Below are positions 25,705 through 41,310 of a stretch of 64,000 bases of DNA, in pieces (within the stretch, counting starts at the first letter, position 1; each line of letters starts with the position of its first letter). The notes beneath the pieces were generated by a model, which saw only the letters and a program-made list of their open reading frames with translations, was not told where the DNA came from and did no database searches. Source of the DNA: Octopus bimaculoides (lineage: Eukaryota); the NCBI RefSeq assembly GCF_001194135.2, contig NC_069001.1:12677066-12741065 (forward strand). The letters are read 5' to 3'. A program made the translations under genes and the position numbers.

Positions 25705-25872
25705 CGATTTTTTTTTCCGTGTTTTTCTCCTTGTTTTCTCCGTATTCTTTCTGTTGAAGAGTGTAGCTCGAAACGTTAAAGACTTTCTGTATTCCCGAGC
25801 GTCAAACTAGTACATCATTTTGTTGGTTACACCAACTGTTCTGGTCTGTTGTTTTTTTTTTCGTACGTTCTC
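25705..25872 (+). mobile_element. Penelope-like element terminal fragment carrying the hammerhead-like motif
   Basis: Inferred from the minimal hammerhead and pyrimidine-rich flanks. No PLE ORF is visible; the left side runs into (TA)n and a gap. Confidence 0.4.
25746..25782 (+). ncRNA. Minimal type I hammerhead-ribozyme-like motif (Penelope-type), core variant CUGUUGA
   Basis: Stem I UCUUU/AAAGA; core CUGUUGA+A; stem II GAGU-GUA-GCUC; GAAAC; palindromic stem III AC/GU; cleavage triplet GUU. A6 is replaced by U. Confidence 0.55.
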
Positions 25873-26650
25873 CCAAATATATATAAAGACGGTGTTTACA
25901 CATAGTTTACAGCTTCAAATTTCGTCTCTAAAATCACTGGTCGGCCCGGTGATATGTTACAAAACACATCTGTTGAACTGTTGAAGTTGCAGTGTAGTGG
26001 GAAAGAAAACGTAACTACACAGCCATACCTGGGTCTGCATATATGAATATACAACCATGATAAATCTTACCACCGAAGCGTTCCAAATGTATGGATGGTA
26101 ACAACAATCGGTGATATGCACTTGATATGCAGATGCATTAACCTGAGAATTTTTTTTGTTGTATTTTTGAGGTGTTTCATCAATGTAAACATGGAAAGAG
26201 GGAATATCAAGCAAATTTATGCGAATACGAAATGCGTGGAATGGTAATGATAACAAATCAGGGCATGGTGAATATAATACCAAAAAAAAAAAACAAAAAA
26301 AAACAAGACGGAGAGAGATTTAGTAGGTGTTTGAGAATTAAGCATGGACTGACATGCAGCGAACATAACTGAGTACAGTTATTCGACAATGTCTTTCTCA
26401 CTGTCTTTCACTTCTCTCCCCATCTTTCTCTCTCTCTATCTATCTATCTTCCTCTTTACATAAATCTTGGTGTACGTTGAGTGTGTGTGTTTGTGTATGT
26501 ATATATATGTATATATATATATATGTATATATATAGATATATATANNNNNNNNNNNNNNNNNNNNNNNNNNNNNNNNNNNNNNNNNNNNNNNNNNNNNNN
26601 NNNNNNNNNNNNNNNNNNNNNNNNNNNNNNNNNNNNNNNNNNNNNCACAT

Positions 26651-26695
<45 letters not shown>

Positions 26696-27497
26696 AGTAT
26701 CTATTTTGTCTCCATCGTGGACATTTCGATGTTGTGTTCCATTGTGTCGTAATCGCTTACAAAATAGCAAGACGTTTGGCAAAAATGCTTAGAAATAAAA
26801 CTGAATTTGCTATTGAGAACATGTTTGAAAAAAAAATTGAAGAAAAAAAAATGAAAAGGAAAAACCACACAGGAAAACAATTTTTCATTTTTATTTTTGT
26901 TCGTGAAATGTCCTGACTATTTTCGCATATTTTCGTACTTCAATGCTCCCAATCTCTTTTTAATTTAATTGTTATTCATTATTATTATTATCATTAATAT
27001 TATGATTTTATTTTCTGGTGTAAATATCATTGCCTAATATACGTTGGTAATAAAGAATCGGTCCTCTAGCGTCTTACAGCACAATGTACTATATTGGCTT
27101 AAACATATTTGAAATCGATCCATCTGTTTGCTAAACCTAATTCACATCGTCAAATTCAGCTTCTGCGCGTGAGACCACACCTAAAGACCATCACACGTAT
27201 ACCACCAGCTTAGTCACATAGGAAAGACATCTATAGGGAATCCGAATAACCACTGATCAATCTGTAAAAACAATACAGCAAGACAGAAATACAGAAAAAT
27301 TCACATACTACTACTACTACTACTACTACTACTGATACCTCCAACGCTGCTGCAACTAGTGACATCAAGAACAAAATGCAAAACACGAGATCAACATTAT
27401 ATTTTTTTATATTCATATAATTAATGCACGTATGATTCTGTAAGTTAGATAGCTATCTTAAATAATGCATACATAGACACATAAATGCATGTGTATA

Positions 27498-27541
<44 letters not shown>

Positions 27542-27637
27542 CACTTACGACACATTTTCAATGTGGAGTTAGAGGAAACAGGAAGACCTCAGCAAAATTT
27601 CGCACACTGGATACAAAGTTTTCATCGATAGTTTTTT

Positions 27638-27675
<38 letters not shown>

Positions 27676-27945
27676 GAATCAATTATGTTAAGATAAAAAT
27701 GAACTGACACTAAGAAAACGAACGTTCAAAGTGGAAATGACATTGAAAGCCGACATTTTCTAACGCTAATTTTAAACACATGTTTATAATAACGGTTTCT
27801 TTTTGTCGCCAAACCTAGAAAAATATTTTCAAAGAATTCATAATGTTTTCTCATAAATATCAGTAATCGGTGGAACGTCATTACTTGTATTTCAAATTTG
27901 AAATATTTTCTCACAAATTCCAGTATAAATCTTTACATATATTCT

Positions 27946-27980
<35 letters not shown>

Positions 27981-29018
27981 CATACACGTTTTCACGTCTT
28001 TTAGTCACTATTATACAACTATTGGTAACAAAACCTAATGATTCCACAGTCACATGATTATTAATAATAATAATAATATCAATAATAATAAATACAATAA
28101 TAATAATAATGATAATAAAGATTTGTCATCAGTATCGTTATTTTTGTTGTTATCATTATTATTATTGTTATGATAATAGCACTAGAAATTCTTTGTTGTC
28201 TTTTTTCTTGTTTGGTGATGGTAGTCGAAAAAAAAATATACTAAAACGAATGGATATGCGTTTATTCAGTTCTAGAAATAAAAATAACGCCGTGGATTTT
28301 TTTGAATTTTATTTTATTTTATTTCTCTTTTATTTTCCTTGGAAATCTACTTCCAATCAAACTTTCATTTTCTGGAATTCTGCAGTGATCGATATCTATG
28401 AGGTAGGGTCACCTAAAATATATGCATATTTTCAACATCTATGGCCGTATCTTATGCCGTGTATGACTGTCTGGTACCACACATGTAGCAAGAGGATATT
28501 TTTGGGTGTTTATCATATTCGTTTCCCACGTTCTCCTTTGCCGCCTACCGTGTTTGTTACCCGATAGGTGTGAGATACGGTACGTAGAAGCCGAGACCTG
28601 TGCACTTATATCACCAGTGACTACACCGCTGTATGACTGTTAGGCACCGATCACCAGCATTCGATCACAGCGTTAGGATGTTTATTTCTAGAGACAAAGC
28701 ACACGTGTTTGTGTGCATGTTTTATATTTTTTCTGATTCACTTTTTCACTACCTATTTGATCTTCTTATTCATAAGTGGAATGTACGTCTGTATATAATA
28801 TAAAGAGAATGTATTTGAAACTAATTTCATTCAGTGTGTTTCATTAGATGTGTGCCAGTACAATAAAGGGAAAAAATATTCCAGTAGTAAGTTATAGAGA
28901 AACGATTTATGTTCGATGAAGACTGGTAGTGACATTAAACGGCAAACGGCCACCACCTTTCAAATGATTGAACTCTCTTGGTTGTAAAAGGCAAAGTCGT
29001 TGCTAAAAAGGTATTCCG

Positions 29019-29060
<42 letters not shown>

Positions 29061-29359
29061 GTATGTATATATTTATATATCTTCGAAGATCTATCGGAAG
29101 GTTGGTTGTTAAAAGGGCAACGCATACTATATTATATTGTATCCGGTTGTTTTGTACATTTATTCTAAACACTGTGACATAGTGAATATTGTTTCTAATC
29201 AAATATGAACAGAAAAATAATATACTAAATAATAAACAAAAATAGAGTATAAGACAAAATGGTGTATTTCCCCGATACATGATAAAGAAAAAACCCACAC
29301 AACGATACGACATTTTGAGATTACAAGTAAACGATAAGAGATATACATTGATTGAAAGC

Positions 29360-29407
<48 letters not shown>

Positions 29408-30444
29408 CATATATGCATATATGTATATATATATATATACATATANNNNNNNNNNNNNNNNNNNNNNNNNNNNNNNNNNNNNNNNNNNNNNNNNNNNNNN
29501 NNNNNNNNNNNNNNNNNNNNNNNNNNNNNNNNNNNNNNNNNNNNNNNNNNNNNNNNNNNNNNNNNNNNNNNNNNNNNNNNNNNNNNNNNNNNNNNNNNNN
29601 NNNNNNNNNNNNNNNNNNNNNNNNNNNNNNNNNNNNNNNNNNNNNNNNNNNNNNNNNNNNNNNNNNNNNTATATATATATATATATATATATGAACATAC
29701 ATTTAACAGAGAAGGTCACAAACAAGATTGTGGCAACAGCATGTTTTTTTTTTTCATTCGGTTTTCAGTTTGAGAAACGAAATTTCCGATTCTGTAAAGC
29801 ACTGAAAAATGTGCTCCGTTTATTATGTTCTGGTGTCATCTGGTCTTCTCGCGTCTTACGTTTCGTCCATATCGATTTGTTCCATACTCACTCCACTATC
29901 ACTTCGGAATATCACCGCTGTAAATTGGTGAATTCCTTTCGGTTAGGGATTGATGTAAGTATTGTGTACATACTCTCTTGTTGGCTTCTCTTTCTCTCCC
30001 TCCAACTGTCTCCCTTTGCCCTCTCTCTCTCTCTCACCTCTATTTATACCAAATTTAAATCTATTCCTCATATGTACCAGGTAGACAAAATATTACGTTG
30101 AACAAATGTGGAGCCTGATATGCATTAATGGTGGTATTGTCACGGCTGCAACGCTTTTCATCATATGTCTGCTCGATTAAGGCTGTCCTCGATCTAAACA
30201 ACAATAGCAATACTATCAACTATACTGCTTATAATGTGAAACCATTATTATTTTATATTGTGTTTCCTGTTGCGTGTTTCAAAAAGCTTATGTCGTAACA
30301 ATTGCTGCTGTTGTGTAGCCCTAGGTCAGCGCACTCGAGATCTGTCTATGATAAAAGGCATTTAATTGTTTTCTCTTTCTTCCATTCTCTCTAAACATAC
30401 TAAGTATACTACAACGTATGTTTGCCACACATTTTTATTAATTT

Positions 30445-30580
30445 CGCGGTCTTGTGGTTAGGGTGTTGCACTAACGATTATAAAAACATCGTTTCAGTTC
30501 CAATGCTGGGCGGCGCGTCGTGTTCTTGAACAGGTCAATTCATTTTAGGAGGCTCCAGTTCACCCAGCTCTAAATGATGT
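30445..30580 (+). mobile_element. Degenerate CORE-type SINE head
   Basis: GTGGTTAGGGTGTTGCACT...GCGTCGTGTTCTTGAACA...CTCCAGTTCACCCAGCT. Confidence 0.55.
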
Positions 30581-31444
30581 CGAGCTTTTCGCAGGAAAAT
30601 TAACTCTGTGACCAATGGCTTCCTGTTCAGAGGGAGGCGGGTAGTGCAGTAATTTGTCACTACTTATTCGTCACTTGACCGAGTAAAGACACGCTCTTAT
30701 GAGTCCACGGGCTCACAAGCGATCTAAGTCTTAAGTAATAGATGACGAGAGTATTATATGAGGGCGTTCACATGTGGCTAACATTCCTAGCTGCTCAAGC
30801 AATTACCATACACCTTGGGGCAGTCCAATAAAATACCTCAAAATATCTTATACCCGATTCTTATCCGAGCACACCCTAAATATCCTTCCTTCCGCCATCA
30901 AACACTCACACCACTAACAATTATTATTGTATTGTACTTTTTAAATTAAACCCAATGTTATCCTTTTTATTCTACTGGTCCTTAAATGTGACCTGTTTGC
31001 ATGGAGCCTGCATGTTTGTAGAGGTAGATTAGCATAAACACTTTTTTTAAATTCAAAACAATATTAATTCTTCAGAGCACGTAAGTATTTTTCAGTAACA
31101 TATACACACACACATAAAAAGAAGATAAATAAAAACAAATGGTGACAGTCTACATTGAAACGTAAAGAAAGGTAATTTATTCAAAGCTAAGACTTCTATT
31201 GATGTTAGTTTTCTTTTCTTTTGTCTTCTCTTTTTATCTCCTTTCCACAATATTAATCACGGTTGAACTAATTATAGCAATTATTTCGTTTAATAGTTTC
31301 TTTAGCCGCAATTTTGAACATTCTATCTCACAGCATATATTTCCTGACATTGCTCCATTCGTATCTATGCATGTATCTGTACATATATGTGTGCTGTATG
31401 TGTGTATGTATGTATGTATGTATGTATTCATGTATGTATGTTTG

Positions 31445-31484
<40 letters not shown>

Positions 31485-31685
31485 AATCTCGCAAATTCAG
31501 CATAGCCTATGATCATGCACATGTTTTTGTGTTCGGAAGCTACAATATATTACTCTTTATCTAAAGCTTTAACAGTTGTGAGGCAAATAACATATTGTTA
31601 TGTTTTCTTCTTCTCCTTCCTCCTCCGTCTATGTTAGAACTATTACCATTATTAACATTAGTATTATTATCATTGCTGCTGCTGC

Positions 31686-31722
<37 letters not shown>

Positions 31723-31893
31723 ATGATCATCATCATCGCTATTGTAGTCGTGTTTGTTCTTATAGGCGTTCGATTGTTACGCGATGACGTGGCTAATGAA
31801 CCACTGACGCGGACCTAAACATACCACTAATCCTGGTAATGAACGGTTTAATAACAAGTCGAGCGAGCTGTTGTAGTTAAACGTTGTATATAC

Positions 31894-31933
<40 letters not shown>

Positions 31934-32629
31934 CTTAACGACTACGATGTACAGAAAATCTTCCACTCGCTGACAAAAGTACATGTTACTCTACAAAGAA
32001 GCACGTACACACTTACACATACACTAATTGCACGGACACATATATATATACACAGAATATACACATATACACGCAAAAAACTGATTTTGTTACTAACAAT
32101 ACTGTTTAGATTTTGAATGCTTTCCTAAACCCCATTTAACATTGATATTTTTCGATCAAGCAAGCACACGTTACGTTTGTGGAATCATTATATTTGTATA
32201 CATAAATATATACATTCTTCTTTCTCTCTCAGTCCCTCTCTCTCACTATATTTATAATATAATATAGAAATATTTACGTACTGAAATATAACTGACAAAC
32301 ACACAATCACATATATATCTATATATATATATATATACATATAGATATATATACACACATATACACATATATATATACATACACACATACATACATATAT
32401 ATACATATATATATATGTATATATATGTATGATATTCTATTCCTCAGAGACCTTTAATAAACACTGCATTATTTAAAATAATAACTTTTATGTCACTGAC
32501 AGTACAGTGTAGTTACTTACATTTCAGTCGAATGCAGTATACAAAGAATATTTAAATTTCGTAGGATTCCCAATTCACAATTGTTTAGTACTGTATCAGA
32601 CATTCTTGAGAATACTATATCTCTAAGAT

Positions 32630-32691
<62 letters not shown>

Positions 32692-33740
32692 CATATATAC
32701 GTACATATAAGTATATATATATATATATATATATATACGTATATATAAGTATATACACATACATATATAGATATACATAAACGGAATTGAGGTAGTTTTA
32801 CATTAAGATATCTATCATAGGATTATACTGCATACACATTGTCTGTGGGGCAATGCAACATTTTTCCTGAAATGAGACATTTTATGGACGTGCTGTGTTA
32901 AAAAGCACAATAATTATCGAAAGATGATGGAAAATCGTCCCAGCAGTGGCCAGCCGTGATAATATGTAATGTGTTGATTAAACATAGGATAATATAATTA
33001 TAAAATCAACCATTTTGATTCAGATTCGGTCTTATATGTTTGGAGCAGTTTGTCAGGAGCACTTCCTAATATTCTCAGCTGGTCGTGTTGATGTATGCGG
33101 CAGAGGTGTTGAAGGAGTGTACGGCCAATTTTCGATAGTCGCCATAATATTCCGTTACATATTAGAATGAGATAGATGTTTTATCAGAGAGAACATACCA
33201 AATAGGTAATGAAAAAATTATTTTTTTGTCCTCATTGATAGATTAGTCAATATCATCATGTTAAAATCTAGCATAACTTCTAAATTTGATTAACAGTGGA
33301 ATATAAACAAACATAAATAATACAAGTGAATGTAAATATATCGCTTACAAAAGCGAAAAATGTATTAAAATTAAGTTTCGGTTACGCCATGGTTGTTTTA
33401 GATTCTGGAATAAATTATATTTATTTTTCATTTCAAATATTGAATAGCATATGTACATATGTATGCATGTACTGTCCATCTGTATGTATATGTATGTGTG
33501 GTTGTTTATATGCATATATGTATGCAGGTTATATATATACGTGTATATATATATATAAATTCCTTTTTATGTTTAAAAAATCTATCCTGTTCACACCAAT
33601 TCTCGCCACCAAATGTGTTCGTGAGTAAAAGTGATTATTTTTTTATGCTTCATGTTGTACAAAAATCTGTATACATACATGCATACATACGTACATATAT
33701 ACACACATTAATACGTATATACATGCACATGCATACATAC

Positions 33741-33797
<57 letters not shown>

Positions 33798-34305
33798 TAT
33801 ACACACAGACAAATATATATATATATATATACATATACGTATCTGTATATATATTCACATATCTATGTCTATCTATATATATATACACCCGTATATGCAT
33901 GTAAATGAATCTACCTCCACATGTATATACATACAGACATGTAATTATACATATAGAAACATTTACATATTCGTTATTTACTAAGACAAATTTCTAAGAC
34001 TATCAGAGAAAATCTAACCTAAATTTTAGTTACGATGTTTTCCAGAAAATATATGCAGAAGGCCACAATGAAAAATACAAGTGATGGAGGAATATTTTCC
34101 AAAATCCGAAGAAATTTTCTATAATTGTTTGTCTGGTAAAAATTCAGTCAGGTCATATCTAGCTTAGATACCAAACACGTTAATATTGTACGCGTAACTA
34201 TAATATACCCATTCATCAAAATGTCTAGATACGTATGCCGTTAATTTTTCTAAAATTCACTTCTTCTTTCTCTCCAATCTTTCTGTTTGTCTTCCACCCG
34301 TTTTC

Positions 34306-34340
<35 letters not shown>

Positions 34341-34752
34341 CACGCATATATATATGTGTGTGTGTGTGAGCGTGCTGTTCTTGGGGACGGATGTGTGTTT
34401 CCCTCAACACTATCACTTTCCGTGCTAATTCATCATATCAACACGTTTTCTTCGTAGCAATAAATATATATTATTTAGTGTTCAAAATAAGACAGATGCA
34501 CTAATTTTTTCTGAAATTTGAAATAAGTTCGGATATCATACACCTAACAGCTTACTGAAACTTTGTGTTGCATTAATTATTCTCGAGGCGTCAATGCGTT
34601 TGTCTCTTTTCTGGCAAATAATCTATCCAAATTTGCAAATATTTCTAAGGATTTCTGCCAAGATACTCCCTAAGTATATAATCGGACTCTGGCCTGTATT
34701 TGAATAGATGTGAATACGTCTAGGCTGCACGAATTAAATCGCAGCAGAGTTG

Positions 34753-34794
<42 letters not shown>

Positions 34795-34797
<3 letters not shown>

Positions 34798-34953
34798 TCG
34801 CCTGCCGCTACGTTCTGAGTTCAAATTCCGCCGAGGTCGACTTTGCCTTTCATCCTTTCGGGGTCGATAAATTAAGTACCAGTTGAGTACTGGGGTCGAT
34901 GTAATCGACTTACCCTTCCCCCCAAATTTCGGGCCTTGTACCTATAGTAGAAA
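34795..34953 (+). mobile_element. 5'-truncated copy of the 10716 SINE family between two (ATT)n tracts
   Basis: TACGTTCTGAGTTCAAATTCCGCCGAGGTCGACTTTGCCTTTCATCCTTTCGGGGTCGATAAATTAAGTACCAG...GTCGATGTAATCGAC. Confidence 0.85.
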
Positions 34954-36552
34954 AAAAAAATTATTATTATTATTATTATTGATATTATTATTATTGGTAT
35001 TATTGATATTATGATTATTATTTGTTTTCAATGAAGCCCTGCAGAGGTTATCAATACAGTTCGCCATAGCAGAGAATATATCGGAATGTATTAGAAACAC
35101 ATCTGGAATACTAATAATATTAATATATCGCATATTCTTTAAACAAATTGTGGCATTCTTCTATTTTAGGACTTCGTATTATTATTTAAGAATTATAGTT
35201 AGCATAATGGTAAATTCCATTATTGTTATAATCTGTTTTTATTACATTTAATATTATTATTTAAAATTATTAATTTGAAATTTCTCAATCAACCATAAGG
35301 TAAAAAACATAAAAACCTCAAAATGAATTTTCTGAAACCGAAATACCTATTTCTAAATGTTACTTACTAGAGTGTATGTATGATTTTTATGCTTGTGTGT
35401 ATGTTTTAAGCATTTATACATACATCATATGTATGCATATATGTATATAAGTACGTATGACTACTTTGTTGTACTAAATTTCTCTTCTTATTAGTCACCG
35501 TATTGGAATGTAATCCTATATATATATATATATATATAATGTATGTATGTATGACGATAAATACTCATTTTTTTGTACTAGTAGAGAAATGTGTGTTTGC
35601 GCGGGATTTCATGCATGAATATGGGTGCTTTACGTGTATTTCACCGTTTCTCAAGCTAAAAATCAAACAATCTTACATAATTATGTATTTAAACAACTAC
35701 GGAGTCCTTTGGGCAAATGTATGTTCCAGTTTAGCTTAGTGAAATATCGTATAATGAATATCACATTTTACATCCGATCTGTTTACAATCAGTTATATGT
35801 ATTTGCTTCTACTTCAATGCAGACGTTAATAAAAAAATGAATATTTTATAGCAAAACCGTAAGATAGTAGTACCGTAATATTCGTACATTTTCGAAGCAT
35901 TCTGAAAATGAGAGAAATATTAACATAAATATGTTCCAGAATTTTTGAAGGAATATATTTGGTTACAAGAAGCCATTTTAATAGAATTAATCAAACAAAT
36001 CAAACACTTTACCTGATATATTGTTCTTGAAATTAATAAAAACACTTTTCACATATTTTGAAAATTATTCAGTTTTAGTTAAGGATTTAAATTGCATAAG
36101 AAATAACGAAATAATTTTCTATTCTTAACGCAAGATATTTTAATATGCAGTGAAAAAATCAAATTATGGAAACAAAACATTTGCCGCAAGAAGTTGTGTA
36201 TGAGTGAATCAGAAGGTAAATACAAGAAGAGAGTAAAAAAGCAAAGACATAAGGTAAGATGAGAATAAACCATTGTGTAATATGGAGACAGTATGGGACT
36301 ATTTGATTGAATGGGGTTAATTGGTTATAGGGCAGTAAATAAAATAGAGCCTCAAAATAAACAGAGGGCAAGAAGTTAAACCACAGACCTATTGAAAATT
36401 AATGGAGATGGAAGTATTTAGTACGTACATGAATAGAATTATCGAAATGTATGAGACATGAGGTAGAGATTTTGGTCGAGTAAAACCTAAAGAAGAGGGA
36501 GAAAGAGTGTCATAGTTTAGTCTGTGATTAGAAAAGACATTAGAAAGTCAAG

Positions 36553-36615
<63 letters not shown>

Positions 36616-37516
36616 CTAGATAGATGAAAAGATAGATAGTGAAAGAGAGAGAGAATGAAACGCTTCAAGCTCTACTTGCAAAATGTCTTAGTTTGAAGTA
36701 TTAAAAACCAGAGTAAATGAAGTGCATATGTGTGTCTATATTATTATAAATGGAGCTTATGGAGACATACATATATAGCACTGGCTCATATAAACGTACG
36801 TACACACAATCACACACACGTATACAGTGTGAGAGAGGGAAAGAGAGATAAAGTAGATAGATTGGCAGATAACTAAATAAACTGATAAACCGATATGTCC
36901 TTCAGAAGTCAGACAACTATCTGATTAAAAGCGATGATAACGAATACGACAGTAATAACGCGACATAAAAAGCGATCAGGAAAGAAAAACGAGCGCAATA
37001 CAAACAATAAAACAGCAGCAAAATAACAGAGACATCATATTGACGAAAGGATGATATAAGATGAACGACAGAGAGAAACACTGTACTAGTGATGGAAGTG
37101 CCAGAGAAAGAATTTGAATAAAATGTCAGACAGAGCGAAAGGAAGACAATGAGGTGGAGTGATAAAAACTACGGGAATATTCTATGTTAAGCTTCAATAC
37201 CCAACAGTTACGATGAATTAACTGTACACAGGAATGATAAGAAAATAATTTGAGTGAAACAAGGAAAGAAGACTATCAAATATATAGAAGCTGCAGAAAG
37301 AGATGGACAAAATAAACTTAAGTACGGTGATGATGTTTTAAGTAAAATAAAATGAAGGATTAAGTACAATATGTCACGTGTGTCCCTTAGATATTATCAT
37401 ACCAAATGCGTATATACATATATGTATATATACTCACACATATATGCATAAATATTCATTTGTATGTATGTGTGTGTATATATAAATACATCCATCCATA
37501 CATTTATACATATCTA

Positions 37517-37572
<56 letters not shown>

Positions 37573-38484
37573 TGAACATCAGATAAAGGAGTGTGTCTAC
37601 TAATAACTCTCATGTATGCACGCACGTGCATATATAGACAGATTTATATATCCATACACCCATATGACTATATGATTTGAAACCTGCTTCACCACAACGT
37701 GACGTCAAGGTTATTAAACATCTATACACCTGCACACGCCCACACGAACACACACACACCCACAAACACAGATGCACAAACTTGCAGACACAGATATATA
37801 CATAACCATGACATATATATATAGCGTAAAGTGACAGAGAGCGCTAAGTTGCTATGGCGATAACCTCCAATAAATGCTTGATGTATCATAGTTATACTAG
37901 TATATATATCATATAAATAATCGTATATATATATATATATATATATATATCAACTATATACCTCCATATATATATATTGTAATGAAACAAGTGAGTGTAG
38001 AGCAAGTGAACAATTTTTTATATAAAATATATAATCCGAATATCATTATATCTACATATATCGAAAAATGAATTGTTGCGTATTAGAAATTGCATAGTTA
38101 TGTGAGCGTTTAGTGACGCTGATAGGGAATATATATATATAGTATGCACGTATAGACGTACATATACGTGTTTATGTATATATTCTGTATTAATGTATGC
38201 TTAATTATAGAAGGTCGTATGTTACTATGGTGATTAGGTTTATACATAGTTTGTCTCTATATCTTTGCGCATATACATATATTCCTGTACTACAAAGCTA
38301 TTTCCGATTTAACACTCATATAACAAAAATATTGAGAGGGGTACAACATATGTACTCCTCAAAAATAATCACATAAAATACATACATATAACCCAATATA
38401 CTTTTATTCGATATGTATATATATACACATTATTATAATAAAATGTTTATGTATATATAAATTAAAACCCTAACACACATTTAA

Positions 38485-38529
<45 letters not shown>

Positions 38530-38869
38530 CATCTACAATGTTGTTTTGTATATATATTTGAGAGTCAATATCGTGAATTTAATATCGGTCGCCTACAGTG
38601 ATCCCTACATGTTTTTCGACAAGCAACGGGTTAATTTTCGTCCTATCGATATATTTATCAATATTTATATCCATATCCATATATCTATATATATCTATAT
38701 ATCTCTATATATATATAACCATATATAAACAACTCGTTTGTTGTGTAGCTTTTTTGTAGGGCCTACCCAAACCCCAGAACGGTGGTCGGGTTATTCCACC
38801 TTTTGGTATAGGGGATACAGGCTATAAGTAGTAATTATAAAATAATATCATATGAAATAATCAATGAAC

Positions 38870-39161
38870 TGGAAAGCCCCATCTGAGATTTTTTTTTCTT
38901 TATGGCCACCATGTATGGTAGCCTCGTTCTCAAACGGTGGGGTGTTTCCAGCGATAAAAAGATACACTGGTTCTGTATTCCACTCATCTGAGATACAAAC
39001 GTTTTTGACTAGTCTGAGTTTGGGGGCAAATATCAAACGGTCTAATTCGTATGTAATTCTCAGGAACACGGCCAGGAACGTGGTGTGAATACACACATAA
39101 ACATACACCAAAATAAAAAAAAATGAAGCGAACACCAAACAGTTCTTTACAACTCCCGTAT
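38870..39161 (+). mobile_element. Mariner relic: transposase C-terminus and 3' TIR
   Basis: KAPSEIFFSL resembles LAPSDYHLFRSL; FHSSEIQTFLTS...RNVV* resembles the mariner terminus. Ends ACAGTTCTTTACAACTCCCGTA followed by TA. Confidence 0.45.
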
Positions 39162-39955
39162 ATATATATACATGCACACATAAAAACAACCAAAACAAAT
39201 TACTAAAATTTATGAAACAAAATACAACAAAAGATTGCTAACCATGCGTACACACATTGCCATCGACATACAGAACTTTACACATATGTAAAGGTACACG
39301 AAAGTTCATATGGATATATAAAATACACACTCCTTATTAATGTATTATAAATACATATATGTATGTTCACATCATATATATATGCATGTATAGAAATATG
39401 CATACATGCATATATATATATATATAGAAATATGCATATATATATATATATATATATATATACATGATGTTATCTGTACGAAGACAGGCGAATGCGTCCT
39501 TTTAGTCTCAATTAGTTGGAATTGTTTGAATCCACCAAGCACAATAAAAATAACTAGTATAATTCTGCACTTACATAGATAGGTAGATAAATAGATACAT
39601 ACATACATATACGCACGCACACACACACGCGCACACGTATACATAATATATATATTGATGTATTATGCAGGGAGAGAGAACAAATATGAACGTGAAAAAA
39701 TATTTTCAATGTTACAAGCGACAAAAGTTTACATGAATATCAATAAAGAAAAGCGAAATATCGAATATAGTTGAAGTGCAAACATTTTGAACCACTGTTA
39801 AAGATCGATAAACATAGCAAGAGAAATGCAAAATTGAAATTAGAAACAACATAACAGCCGTTGTAATTAACTGATGGTAATATGGTCTGTCTCAGCAAAC
39901 CCAGGACGACAAGAAAATTTAACACTATATATGCATTATGATGGTGAAAAGAACG

Positions 39956-39999
<44 letters not shown>

Positions 40000-40858
40000 C
40001 AAGGGAAAACGAACTCATTCTGATGACATAAAAATGGCACCCACAGAATATTTAATTTAACAGAGAGTCATTGTTGACTTATCTGTCTCGGTTTCATGAA
40101 GAATAACAAATAAATGAATAAATGAATAAATAAATAAATAAATATACAAATGAATACATGATCGATGTTGAATATCGAAGAATAATCGATACGTCAGTTC
40201 GAAGATTGAAAAAGTATTATTGTATATTTGCTCGACACAAACGAAATCGCTGGAAGCAAAGATATCCGAAAGCGTCAAGAGGCAGATGTGATGATTCGTA
40301 GCTAGAGTTATGGGTAAGACATTGTGTATGTGAGTTCATCTAAATGTGTAAGAATGACAGATATACACAGAATCATACAACTACACACATCCTAATACAT
40401 CTACACTATCGTATTCATGCAAAGTTATATAGGCATATCTACATATTCACGCATATCAAGCATGCAATTATGTAATACAAGGTCACGATTACGAGATTGA
40501 ATCAAGCAAAACTAAAACGAAACAAAATATAGAATGCAAGAGAAGAAACATAGAAACAAAGATAGATTATCAAATAACTCATATAAAAGCATTAAAGAGA
40601 GAAAGAAAGAACGAATGAAAGAAAGAAAGATAAAAAGAAAATAAAAACACATGGAGTATTATGTTGTTCTAAGATTAATTATAAATTCGAACCACGGAAG
40701 GAATGTCATTGGAATGTGATCAAATACAAGCGCATTAGGAATTTTAAATGGCTGTTTACAAAGGAAAATAAACGCTAATAATCAGGCATACACAGAATCA
40801 GGCCTGCTCGTACAATGAGAGCTGCTCACATGCATACACTTAGAAATATAATATCACG

Positions 40859-40934
<76 letters not shown>

Positions 40935-41273
40935 GTATGCATGTGTGTATACACATTTGTGTATGCAGGGAGGTTGCGGTGAAGATTGTGATTTTAGCTT
41001 AAAATTATACATTACGTGATGAACATTGGTAAAATAAAAATAAAAAAAACAACGCTAATACGATAAGGAAAACAATAAATGAGAAATAAATATAAAACAA
41101 TGATTGAACCTGATAACATACACACAGAAACACACCTTTACATAAATATATAAATGTGTGTATGTTTGTGAGTTTGTGTGTGCATGTGTCTGTGTGTGTT
41201 TTGTAGGTGCGTATGTATGCATTTGCACATAAGCTCGTAGAAAGAGAGAGATTTCACCTAGACAAGAAGAATG

Positions 41274-41310
<37 letters not shown>

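Noticed and set aside
27203-27261. Minus-strand exon after a strong acceptor at 27262, as a possible 5' UTR or terminal exon
   Set aside because: All frames close quickly and the only donor (GTATAC) is weak; unsupported without RNA data.
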